Positions 24,625 to 32,000 of a stretch of 32,000 nucleotides of DNA are shown piece after piece. The DNA comes from Desulfallas sp. Bu1-1 (GTDB lineage Bacteria > Bacillota > Desulfotomaculia > Desulfotomaculales > Desulfallaceae). Both the position numbers and the translations under genes were made by a program. The stretch lies in NCBI RefSeq assembly GCF_015594625.1, contig NZ_JADNRQ010000002.1:260563-292562 (forward strand), read 5' to 3'. The notes beneath the pieces are model-generated. The model had not been told where the DNA came from, made no database searches, and saw only the letters and a list, made by a program, of their open reading frames with translations. How positions within the stretch are numbered: position 1 is the stretch's first letter; each line of letters begins with the position of its first letter.

Positions 24625-25155
24625 TTACCAGACCCGGTATTGTTTATCCTTATGTGACACCCGGTCCGATATGCGTTTTATAACCAGTTTTTCCAGAGGC
24701 CGGTTGATCAGCCTGGTGGCCCAAAAATCCCTGCCCGGCATGGGAACAACCAGGATGGTATATAACCCCAGCATATTCCCGCCCAGGATATCCGTAAAAA
24801 TCTGGTCACCGACCACCGCGGTTTCTTGCGGCTTAACCCCGAGCAGGTCCATGCCGCGCTGGAAAGCATGGCGAAACGGTTTTACCGCCCTGACAACGCA
24901 GGGTATGCGCAGAGGGCCCACCAGCCTGCGGACCCTGGCGTTGCTGTTATTGGAAACCACGCATAACTTGAAACCCTTTTCCAGCATGCCTTGCAGCCAC
25001 TGCGTTATTTCCCGGGAAAAACGGTCTTGATCCCTGGGAACGATGGTATTGTCAAGGTCCAGAAGTAAGGCTCTGATACCCATTTTTTTAAGCTCTTCCG
25101 GATTGATTTCGTATATGGCGGGCACGTACATCCGGGGATATAATACGCTCAGCAT
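24625..25155 (-). CDS. yqeG: YqeG-family HAD-IIIA phosphatase
   Basis: LLDLDNTIV, VVSNNS and VGDQIFTDILGGN motifs. The ATG at 25155 is preceded by GAGGGGG. The longer ORF in the track overlaps mobA and is not supported. Confidence 0.85.
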   Translation of the reverse strand: MLSVLYPRMYVPAIYEINPEELKKMGIRALLLDLDNTIVPRDQDRFSREITQWLQGMLEKGFKLCVVSNNSNARVRRLVGPLRIPCVVRAVKPFRHAFQRGMDLLGVKPQETAVVGDQIFTDILGGNMLGLYTILVVPMPGRDFWATRLINRPLEKLVIKRISDRVSHKDKQYRVW

Positions 25156-25165
25156 CTCGGCCCCC

Positions 25166-25768
25166 TCAAACCAGTAAATTAGCTTTTTCCAGATCTCCGG
25201 GCGTGTTGACGTTAAAAAAAACCCGGTCCAGGCGCGGTTCCACGATCGCCATTTCATTTTCTTCCAGGTATCTGACTTTAACCCGGTCGTAAAAACCGGT
25301 AATTTTATTCCGCCCCTCGGCCAGACGGTGTTCAATAATATTAATGCATGATTTGCCGTACAGGGCGAATAATGGTTCGGGATACCCGCGGTAACGGGGC
25401 ACAACCACATCGTAGCCCGTCGCCTCCTTAATTATCAACCGGGCCAGTCCTGCGCTGACGAAAGGCATGTCACAGGCCGTAACCAGCGCCCGGGGATATG
25501 AGGCGTGAACCAGCCCGGCATGGATACCGCCCAGCGGCCCGCGCCCGGTGATAATGTCGCTTATGACCCTGTCGCCGTAACCGGTATATTTTTCCGGGCA
25601 GCCGGTAACCACCAGAATTTCACCCACCAGATTCTTCAACACGCCGGATATTCTCTCAATGATAAAATATGGCCCCACTTTGAGCAAGGCCTTTTCCGCA
25701 CCCATGCGGGCATTCTTTCCCCCGGCCAGAATTATTCCGGTGACCCCTTCCCCGGCTTGTTTCACCAT
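25166..25768 (-). CDS. mobA: molybdenum cofactor guanylyltransferase
   Basis: GIILAGGKNARMG, GPLGGIHAGL and ACDMPF motifs. The ATG at 25768 has GGGAG 6 nt upstream. Confidence 0.85.
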   Translation of the reverse strand: MVKQAGEGVTGIILAGGKNARMGAEKALLKVGPYFIIERISGVLKNLVGEILVVTGCPEKYTGYGDRVISDIITGRGPLGGIHAGLVHASYPRALVTACDMPFVSAGLARLIIKEATGYDVVVPRYRGYPEPLFALYGKSCINIIEHRLAEGRNKITGFYDRVKVRYLEENEMAIVEPRLDRVFFNVNTPGDLEKANLLV

Positions 25769-25876
25769 AATGCACTCCCAATAACCAAGCATATATTCAA
25801 TATTATTGTTGCCGCCCTCCGCTGTCAATAAAACCGTATCCCCGTCCGCAGATCCCGGCAGGCAACGCTTAAGGGT

Positions 25877-25906
25877 ATAGTATGCTGTTAATTTCTACAT
25901 TGTCAA
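25877..25906 (-). promoter_or_regulatory. candidate sigma-A promoter for mobA-yqeG-aro genes
   Basis: On the minus strand: TTGACA (25906-25901), 18 nt spacer, TACTAT (25882-25877). Confidence 0.5.
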
Positions 25907-25984
25907 ATAATTTCCTTTCTTGTTGTAAATTTTTAGCCGGAACTGTTTTTTTTGCAATTACGCTATCAAGGTCATAAACTGTTG

Positions 25985-26045
25985 GAAAAAAGCGTCCCTG
26001 AAACAATCCCGCAACTGGTGCGGGGCCAGGGACGCTTTGTTTTTC
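25985..26045. terminator. bidirectional rho-independent terminator
   Basis: AGCGTCCCTG (25991-26000) pairs with CAGGGACGCT (26027-26036), with an inner CCCGCA/TGCGGG hairpin. A-run and T-run flanks give a U-tract on both strands. Confidence 0.8.
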
Positions 26046-26110
26046 ATATTTTTTATTCATCTGATGGCGTCCAATATTTTCCCCGGCCCACGGCCGGGTG
26101 ATTAGATGCC

Positions 26111-26313
26111 TCAGCCGCCACCGAACCCGCCACCGGCGGCCGGTAAATCGCATGACCCGCCACCCCCGCCGGTACGCACGGCGCAACCGGTGAATAATTG
26201 CTCGATTTTCCCGGCGCCGCAAGCGGGACAGGTGACCTTATCCTTTTCACTGATGCTTACCAGCACAGTAAATTTGTGTCCACATTGGCCGCAACGAAAA
26301 TCGTAGGTCGGCA
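26111..26313 (-). CDS. FmdB-family zinc-ribbon protein with Gly-rich tail
   Basis: The TTG at 26313 is preceded by GAGGAGGG 7 nt upstream. (M)PTYDFRCGQCGHKFTVLVSISEKDKVTCPACG is the CxxC...CxxC ribbon. The C-terminus is GGGGGSCDLPAAGGGFGGG. Confidence 0.75.
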
Positions 26314-26338
26314 ATCCGAATCCCTCCTCGCTGAACAA

Positions 26339-26509
26339 TTACAGGGTAATCGCCCCGTTGGGGCAGGCAAAAACACATTCTTCGCAATCGTTGCACCGGC
26401 CGGTGTCCACATGGGCGGTTTTAACCCGGACCGATATCGCTTGCATTGGACACATTTGCGAGCATACCCCGCAGCCGATACACAATTCTTTAATCACAAC
26501 CGCAGCCAT
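26339..26509 (-). CDS. 2x[4Fe-4S] ferredoxin (56 aa), not in the ORF track
   Basis: MAAVVIKELCIGCGVCSQMCPMQAISVRVKTAHVDTGRCNDCEECVFACPNGAITL contains two CxxCxxCxxxCP motifs. Confidence 0.8.
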   Translation of the reverse strand: MAAVVIKELCIGCGVCSQMCPMQAISVRVKTAHVDTGRCNDCEECVFACPNGAITL

Positions 26510-26580
26510 ATAAATTAGATCCTTTCTACTCTATATGGCCTTATTATAATATATAAATAAATGTTAGACAATCCCTTTGG

Positions 26581-27357
26581 CTAAGATATTTCAGACCGTT
26601 TGAACAGCTGAATAAAATTTAAAATGAATTGCATTTCTTTTTCGTTGAGATTGCAAACCAGGTTTAAAACCGCCTGAACGTTGGGGTGCATGAGCATCTC
26701 CCTCAGCTCGGGGTTCATCAGGCTCAACATCTGGTCTACGGCGCCCGGTTCCATGATAAAGTAACAGGGGGAAACCCCCATGACTTCGGATATCTTTTCC
26801 AGTGTTTTTAAAGACGGCTGCACCTTGCCGTGCTCAATTTGTCCGATCAGCCCGGCGGTCACACCGGCGAGGTTGGCCAGCTGGGCCTGGGTTAATCCAT
26901 ATTCTTCCCTCAAGGACTTCAGTTTATGGCCCAGGGAACCCTCGTGGCTGATCAGCGCGGAAACCGCCGTATCCAGTCCCTCGGCTATTTTTTTCAGCGT
27001 GTTCAGGGCGGGATACACCGCGCCCCGTTCAATTTCATTCAGGTAAGACAGGGTTATGCCCGCCCGCTGGGCCAGGTCCTGCGGGGACAGCCCTTTTTCG
27101 GACCGCATCAACCGGATTTTATCCCCCAGGGAAAGCCCGGTATCGGTCACATCTCCTTTGATCAGCTGCGCCTTGGAAACATTTAATGCAGCAGCCAGCT
27201 TGTCGATGGTTTTTAAAGAAGGACGTTTGGAACCTCGCTCAATTTCGCTCAGGTACGACAGAGACAAATTGGCCCGCTTGGCCAAATCCTGCAAAGTATA
27301 ACCCCGCTCTTCCCGCAGCGCCCTGATCTGCTCTCCCCTAACGATCATCACTAACAC
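26581..27357 (-). CDS. transcriptional regulator with three tandem XRE/Cro-C1 HTH domains
   Basis: Three repeats: IRALREERGYTLQDLAKRANLSLSYLSEIERGSKRPSLKTIDKLAAALNVS, IRLMRSEKGLSPQDLAQRAGITLSYLNEIERGAVYPALNTLKKIAEGL and LKSLREEYGLTQAQLANLAGVTAGLIGQIEHGKVQPSLKTLEKISEVMGVS. Confidence 0.85.
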   Translation of the reverse strand: MLVMIVRGEQIRALREERGYTLQDLAKRANLSLSYLSEIERGSKRPSLKTIDKLAAALNVSKAQLIKGDVTDTGLSLGDKIRLMRSEKGLSPQDLAQRAGITLSYLNEIERGAVYPALNTLKKIAEGLDTAVSALISHEGSLGHKLKSLREEYGLTQAQLANLAGVTAGLIGQIEHGKVQPSLKTLEKISEVMGVSPCYFIMEPGAVDQMLSLMNPELREMLMHPNVQAVLNLVCNLNEKEMQFILNFIQLFKRSEIS

Positions 27358-27548
27358 TCCCGGAATTAAATTACAGTAAGATATAATAGCTTATGTGCTT
27401 TTGGGAACATGGTGAAGTAACAACATCCCCCAAAGTTCAGGTTTTATTTCTCTATTCTAGTATCACTATTATCCTACTATACCATTACTAATTAGTCAAT
27501 TGAGGGAGAAACCGGGGATAACAGCAAATTTGGACTTGTAACCAATAT

Positions 27549-27574
27549 GCCCGGGATGAATGTCCATCCCGGGC
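27549..27574 (-). terminator. hairpin after ablB, possible terminator
   Basis: GCCCGGGATG, a 6-nt loop, CATCCCGGGC (10-bp stem). On the minus strand it is followed by AUAUUGGUUAC, a weak U-tract. Confidence 0.35.
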
Positions 27575-27621
27575 AGGCAGCAGTCCTGAAAAACACGGTT
27601 AAGCACGTTCCACCAGATCTT

Positions 27622-28518
27622 TTAACCGGAGTACTTGACCCAAATGTTCATGTTTTCGAATCCTCCACTAATATGGCAATTATTCACCAGCGTTCCCCTG
27701 TAGCGGTATCCCAGCCTGTGAAAAACCAGATTCATTCCGAACGAAGACGCCCTGGCCAGGCTATACAGGCAATTAACTTTTCTGGAAATACAGTCCTGTT
27801 CCAGTTGCCTGATCAAGTGACTCATCATCCCCGCCCCCCTTGCCCCGGGCAGGGTGGCGCAATTGGTCAGTTCAGCGCAGCCGTTCGACCGGTTCACTTC
27901 TGCCGCAGCCACGCTGACAATTTTCCCGTGTTGTTTTACTACCCTGAACAACACGGTTTTTCCCAAAACAGCGGCCAGGTAATCCGGGCGATCAAGCGGG
28001 CTGGGGTAGGAAGCAAATACTTTTTTGAAAACACGCGTCAAGGCGGGAATGTCACCAACAGCCGGGGTTACTACCAGGCAGCCCTCCGGCAAGGCGACCG
28101 GCTCTTTGCGCGGGCTGTTCATAACGCACTTTAATTGTACCAGGTGACCGGGCAGATCAACGCTCTTTGCCCGGCCGGGTTCCGGATACGCCGTTAAAAA
28201 ATACCCGTTCCGCCCTTGAAAAAAACCTTCGATCCACCCCTCTATAGCCAACCCTTGTTTTGATAGCTCCTTTAAATGCTCCTTGCGGGCCGGAAAAATA
28301 ATTTTCCCCAGGCCGTAGGCCTGACAGGCCCGGAATATAAAATCAGTCAACCTCTCCGGGTTGTTGCAGGTATAATTGTTCACCCAGGCCCGCTTGCTGA
28401 AAGTATCAATGAGCATGTCAACAGCGAAATCCCGGTTTGTTTCGTGAATAGTTTTTTGGTCCTTTGGCGCGAACATATTAAACCTCCCAACAACAGGCCC
28501 GTTTTCTGAGCAATCCAT
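27622..28518 (-). CDS. ablB: beta-lysine N6-acetyltransferase (GNAT, AblB type)
   Basis: 298 aa. The C-terminal GNAT core reads VSVAAAEVNRSNGCAELTNCATLPGARGAGMMSHLIRQLEQ. It lies immediately downstream of the lysine 2,3-aminomutase gene, as in ablAB operons. Confidence 0.7.
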   Translation of the reverse strand: MDCSENGPVVGRFNMFAPKDQKTIHETNRDFAVDMLIDTFSKRAWVNNYTCNNPERLTDFIFRACQAYGLGKIIFPARKEHLKELSKQGLAIEGWIEGFFQGRNGYFLTAYPEPGRAKSVDLPGHLVQLKCVMNSPRKEPVALPEGCLVVTPAVGDIPALTRVFKKVFASYPSPLDRPDYLAAVLGKTVLFRVVKQHGKIVSVAAAEVNRSNGCAELTNCATLPGARGAGMMSHLIRQLEQDCISRKVNCLYSLARASSFGMNLVFHRLGYRYRGTLVNNCHISGGFENMNIWVKYSG

Positions 28519-28537
28519 GTAATTAACCGGCGGATAA

Positions 28538-29785
28538 TCAACCGGCGGCTTTTTTCGAATTGCCTATTTCAATGGACACACCGGAACCATCAAGCAGGCC
28601 GGCCGGCCCGGGAACATGCTTTTCCTTGGCCAGGCAGTTCTCGCAGCGGCATTCGCTGTGGTAGTGCTCAGGTTCCGTGTAGGAATAAATGTTGCCTTCA
28701 AAGTTGCGTAAAATTACTTTTTGATCCGACCGCGAGATGAGATACTGCGGCAGCACAGGAATCTTACCGCCCCCGCCGGGAGCATCAACGACATAAGTGG
28801 GGACGGCCAGGCCCGTGGTGTGGCCTCTTAAATTTTCCATGATTTCTATCCCCTTACCCACCGAAGTGCGGAAATGTCCAATGCCCTGGGATAAATCGCA
28901 CTGGTACAGGTAATACGGCCTGACCCGGATGACCAGCAGCCCGTGCAATAACTTTTTCATAACATGCGGGCAATCGTTGATTCCCCGTAACAACACGGAC
29001 TGGTTGCCAAGCTGGATGCCGGCATCGGCCAAGCGCCCGCAAGCTTCCGCAGACCAGGGGGTAATCTCCTTAGGATGGTTGAAATGCGTGTTAACCCAAA
29101 CCGGGTGATATTTTTTCAACATGTTACATAATTCCGGGGTGATGCGCTGGGGAAGCACAACGGGTATTCTGGTGCCAATGCGGATAATCTCTACATGTTT
29201 GATCTGCCTGAGCCTCCTGATGATGTACTCCAGGCCCGCATCTGAGAGAGTCAGCGGGTCGCCTCCCGAAATCAGCACATCCCGGATCTTTTTATTATTT
29301 TGAATATAAGCTATGGCCCGGTCCACCTGCCCCCTGGGCAAAGCCTGGTCCCTGGCGCCCGCCAAGCGGCGCCTGGTACAGTGACGGCAGTACATGGAAC
29401 ACTGGTCCGTCACCAGCAGCAGAACCCGGTCGGGATACCGGTGAGTAATGCCGGGCACCGGTGAATCCACATCTTCGTGCAACGGGTCGCTCATACCGGC
29501 GGCATCGTGGTTCAACTCGTCAATAGCCGGTACGGCCTGGCGCCTGATGGGGCAATCCCTGTCCGCGGGGTCCATCAGACTGGCGTAATACGGGGTTATG
29601 GCCATGCGGAACTTTTTCAGACACAGGTTAATTTCACCGGCCTCTTGTTCCGATATATTTAAAACTTCCCGTAATTTTTCCACGCTGGTAATTCTGTTTC
29701 TAATCTGCCAGCGCCAGTCATTCCAGTCCCTGTCCGGCACATTCCGGTAAAATGCAACGCGTTTAACATCTTCCTGCATTCGCAA
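28538..29785 (-). CDS. ablA: lysine 2,3-aminomutase (radical SAM, KamA/AblA)
   Basis: CSMYCRHCTRRR radical-SAM cluster motif, GGDPL, and PYYLYQCDLSQGIGHFR; 415 aa. Confidence 0.9.
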   Translation of the reverse strand: MRMQEDVKRVAFYRNVPDRDWNDWRWQIRNRITSVEKLREVLNISEQEAGEINLCLKKFRMAITPYYASLMDPADRDCPIRRQAVPAIDELNHDAAGMSDPLHEDVDSPVPGITHRYPDRVLLLVTDQCSMYCRHCTRRRLAGARDQALPRGQVDRAIAYIQNNKKIRDVLISGGDPLTLSDAGLEYIIRRLRQIKHVEIIRIGTRIPVVLPQRITPELCNMLKKYHPVWVNTHFNHPKEITPWSAEACGRLADAGIQLGNQSVLLRGINDCPHVMKKLLHGLLVIRVRPYYLYQCDLSQGIGHFRTSVGKGIEIMENLRGHTTGLAVPTYVVDAPGGGGKIPVLPQYLISRSDQKVILRNFEGNIYSYTEPEHYHSECRCENCLAKEKHVPGPAGLLDGSGVSIEIGNSKKAAG

Positions 29786-29836
29786 CCTCCTATTAAATAA
29801 TTTCTATTACCTTCCGCCAATATCACCTGCCAACTC

Positions 29837-29865
29837 ATTATATGTTAAAAAGTTGTCTTTTACAA
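29837..29865 (-). promoter_or_regulatory. candidate sigma-A promoter for ablA-ablB
   Basis: On the minus strand: TTGTAA (29865-29860), 17 nt spacer, TATAAT (29842-29837). A small AGTTGT/ACAACT hairpin plus T-run overlaps the -35 and could end the PBP transcript. Confidence 0.4.
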
Positions 29866-29951
29866 CTCCCAAAATTTGATAAATTAATGATCAGTTGTCC
29901 AATTCAACAACTTATACCGGCTTAATAAGATTACTCATTGTTTTACTCCGC

Positions 29952-31658
29952 TTAATTCAGTTCCATAATCCGGGATGCGATTTCCCGGAAAAGCGGGGCC
30001 GCCGTGGCGCCCCCGCTTTTCCCGCCGCGCACCAGAACGGTAATGACGTATTGGGGTCGCTCGGCGGGCACATACCCCGCAAACCAGGCGTTGACGGGCC
30101 CCTCATCGCCGGCCACTTGGGCCGAGCCGGTCTTGCCGGCGCTGCCCCACCCGGGCACTTCGGCTTTTTTGCCCACCCCGGAAACGGTGACCTGGCGCAA
30201 CAGCGCGCGGAGCCGGTCCGCCGTATACGCCGCAACGGCCCTGCGGGGCGCGGGCCCGTTGAATTGGCGAACCAGGTGCCCCGCGTCATCGCTGAGGCCC
30301 ATGACCAGGCGGGGTTGGTAATAAACGCCGCCGCTGGCAATCGTATTAATCAAGGCGGTAACCTGCACCGGGGTCACCAATACCGGTCCCTGACCGACAC
30401 AGCTGTTGGCCAGGTTGTAACGCTTGCCGATCAGCAATAAATCCTGCCTGGCGTCCGCTTTAACCGGGTAGCCGGTAATGGCCTGGTTGGCCAGGCCGAG
30501 AGCTTCGGCATATTCGATAATGGTAGCGGCGCCCAGGCGGCGCCCGATTTCCACAAAAGCGGGATTGCAGGAAACCGCAAAAGCATCGTCAAAGGAAATA
30601 ATTCCATGCCCCCCGTCGGACCAGCAGCGTACAGGTTCGGCGTTCGCCCCGGCACAGTTGAACCTGGTCCGGGAATCAACAATTCCTTTTTCCACGGCAG
30701 CCGCGGCTAAAACGATCTTGAAAATAGACCCCGGTTGAACCAGCGATGTACAATAATCAACAAAGATATCACCGGCCGGTTCATTAACCAGTGTTTCCAT
30801 GCGGGAAGGAGCCGGGTGGTAGTCCGGCCGGCTGGACATGGCCAGGATATCCCCGCCGCCCGCCTGCATCACCACCACCGCCCCGCTTGCAACGTGTTGA
30901 TCCATTACCTCTTCCACAATGCGCTGGACCCGGTAATCAATCGTTGTAACCACGTTCCGGCGCCCGGGATCGGTACCCTCGCTGTCCACCAGCAGGCCGG
31001 GGCCCTTGATGACCCTGCCCCGCGCATCAACGGGAACGCGCGCCAACCGTTTCGGATAGGAGCCCTTTAATTCCCGTTCATAAAAAAATTCCAGGCCGGA
31101 CTGCCCCACCCAGTCGCCCAAATGATATTTCTTGGCACTGTTTTTTTGCAGCCGTTGATATTGTTCAGTACTTTTGATTTTGCCCAGGTGTCCGGCAACG
31201 TGCACCGCCAGCGGATCATCACCATATTTTTGATAAACCGGAAGCAGGTATACCCCTGCCGGCGCGGCGTTGCGCAGCGCGTTGTATTGTTCCCCGGTGA
31301 GCGGCCTGGAAATGTAAAAAGCGCCCCTCTGCGCTTTTTTATCAAGCTCCTCCGGTTTCACGTTTAAAATGGCAGCCAGTTTTTTTAGTTCGTGGTCCTT
31401 TTGTCTCATCAACGACGGGAATACCACAGCCCGGTTGGCATAATAACCGCCGGCCAGGGGAATGTTGTGCCTGTCGGTGATTTCTCCTCGCACAAATTCC
31501 TCCAGGGCCACTTCCTCCGAACTTATTTCAAGCGCCTGCAGAGCCAGGGAATTTCCCCGCACCAGTTGAATATTGTACAGGTGCCAGGTAACCAGGGCAA
31601 AGGCAAGAGCCATGGCCCAAAATGCCAAAATCATACGGCGCCGGCGTAAATTAAGCAA
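29952..31658 (-). CDS. class B penicillin-binding protein (PBP2/SpoVD/FtsI-type transpeptidase)
   Basis: N-terminal TM, then SxxK (GSIFK), SxN (SCN) and KTG (GKTGSAQ) motifs; 568 aa. TTG start with GGAAAGGGG upstream. Confidence 0.9.
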   Translation of the reverse strand: MLNLRRRRMILAFWAMALAFALVTWHLYNIQLVRGNSLALQALEISSEEVALEEFVRGEITDRHNIPLAGGYYANRAVVFPSLMRQKDHELKKLAAILNVKPEELDKKAQRGAFYISRPLTGEQYNALRNAAPAGVYLLPVYQKYGDDPLAVHVAGHLGKIKSTEQYQRLQKNSAKKYHLGDWVGQSGLEFFYERELKGSYPKRLARVPVDARGRVIKGPGLLVDSEGTDPGRRNVVTTIDYRVQRIVEEVMDQHVASGAVVVMQAGGGDILAMSSRPDYHPAPSRMETLVNEPAGDIFVDYCTSLVQPGSIFKIVLAAAAVEKGIVDSRTRFNCAGANAEPVRCWSDGGHGIISFDDAFAVSCNPAFVEIGRRLGAATIIEYAEALGLANQAITGYPVKADARQDLLLIGKRYNLANSCVGQGPVLVTPVQVTALINTIASGGVYYQPRLVMGLSDDAGHLVRQFNGPAPRRAVAAYTADRLRALLRQVTVSGVGKKAEVPGWGSAGKTGSAQVAGDEGPVNAWFAGYVPAERPQYVITVLVRGGKSGGATAAPLFREIASRIMELN

Positions 31659-31665
31659 GAATTAA

Positions 31666-31713
31666 CCCCTTTCCAGATCCAACCATTTATTTATATGGTG
31701 ACCCGGAAAGGGG
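31666..31713 (-). promoter_or_regulatory. hairpin pairing the PBP Shine-Dalgarno with an upstream anti-SD
   Basis: On the minus strand, CCCCUUUCC (31713-31705) pairs with GGAAAGGGG (31674-31666) across a 30-nt loop. The 3' arm is the only SD-like sequence before the TTG at 31658. Confidence 0.4.
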
Positions 31714-31731
31714 TGTGATATACATATTTCT

Positions 31732-32000
31732 TTAAGATTCGGCCCTGCGCAACAGGGAAAACTCCGGCAGTGGTTGCGGCCAGGGCAGGTAAATAACTTG
31801 CCCGGGGTGCGGCGCTGCTTCCACCGGACGCCCTTCCTCGTCCAGAATTTGTTCAACTTTCATGCTATAGGTCTCGCCCGGCGTTAAAATTTCCAACTCC
31901 TCACCGCGGGAAAAACGATTTCTTTGTTCCACTTTAAGCAGGCCCCTTGGCCGGTCATATCCCAGCACGGCGCCAACAAAGGTATAGTCACGCCGGTAGA
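31732..32000 (-). CDS. U32-family peptidase, C-terminal part (partial; continues past the right edge)
   Basis: ...FVGAVLGYDRPRGLLKVEQRNRFSRGEELEILTPGETYSMKVEQILDEEGRPVEAAPHPGQVIYL matches the U32 C-terminal beta-barrel domain. Confidence 0.7.
   Translation of the reverse strand, partial: YRRDYTFVGAVLGYDRPRGLLKVEQRNRFSRGEELEILTPGETYSMKVEQILDEEGRPVEAAPHPGQVIYLPWPQPLPEFSLLRRAES

Noticed and set aside
24625-25410. 261-aa version of the yqeG ORF
   Set aside because: The upstream 85 codons overlap mobA and have no HAD similarity. The ATG at 25155 has a strong RBS and yields a normal YqeG N-terminus.
25869-26338. ORFs of 117, 65, 66 and 75 aa around the FmdB gene
   Set aside because: The 117-aa and 65-aa frames run through the bidirectional terminator and give Arg-rich nonsense. 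The 75-aa frame is the FmdB gene with an unsupported upstream extension; the TTG at 26313 has the RBS.
29786-29951. Lysine (L-box) riboswitch upstream of ablA
   Set aside because: The leader after the candidate promoter is only about 45 nt. No L-box conserved helices are present.
1-32000. CRISPR arrays, tRNA or rRNA genes, intact IS elements or integrases
   Set aside because: I saw no regularly spaced direct repeats, no cloverleaf-like conserved tRNA segments in the intergenic regions, and no transposase or integrase-like translation. Only gene fragments are present.

Overview
Almost every gene in this window is on the minus strand, and the gene order looks like a Clostridia-type Firmicute (possibly Peptococcaceae/Desulfotomaculum-like; this guess is low confidence). 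From right to left there are four blocks. (1) Housekeeping genes at 20.8-32 kb: a U32 peptidase 3' end, a class B PBP, ablA-ablB (lysine 2,3-aminomutase and beta-lysine acetyltransferase), a three-HTH XRE regulator, a ferredoxin, an FmdB zinc ribbon, mobA, yqeG and aroE-aroC-aroK-aroB. (2) A complete type IV pilus locus at 5.9-20.7 kb: pilB-pilT-pilC-pilM-pilN-pilO, a PilP-like lipoprotein, pilA, a REC-REC-GGDEF response regulator, and two minor-pilin modules. (3) A decayed accessory region at 1-5.9 kb. It holds Phd-VapC, an AbrB antitoxin with a truncated PIN toxin, two tandem bPH membrane proteins, GGDEF proteins, a Uma2 endonuclease, and several gene fragments. (4) Regulatory elements between these genes. 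The main observation is a c-di-GMP-centred circuit around the pilus. The pilB leader looks like a GEMM-I c-di-GMP riboswitch: it has a GAAA tetraloop, a canonical 11-nt tetraloop receptor and an overlapping terminator. PilB has MshEN-like c-di-GMP binding motifs. A diguanylate cyclase with a GGEEF motif and an RxxD I-site is encoded inside the same gene string. Secondary observations include a low-GC minor-pilin cassette lying between an intact fimT/gspH-like gene and a decayed one. One minor pilin has no canonical start codon upstream of its prepilin motif. There are also two long perfect inverted repeats and a rearrangement junction involving a duplicated Uma2 gene. No rRNA, tRNA, CRISPR array or intact transposase was seen. 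All calls come from reading the sequence and translations by eye; no searches were run.
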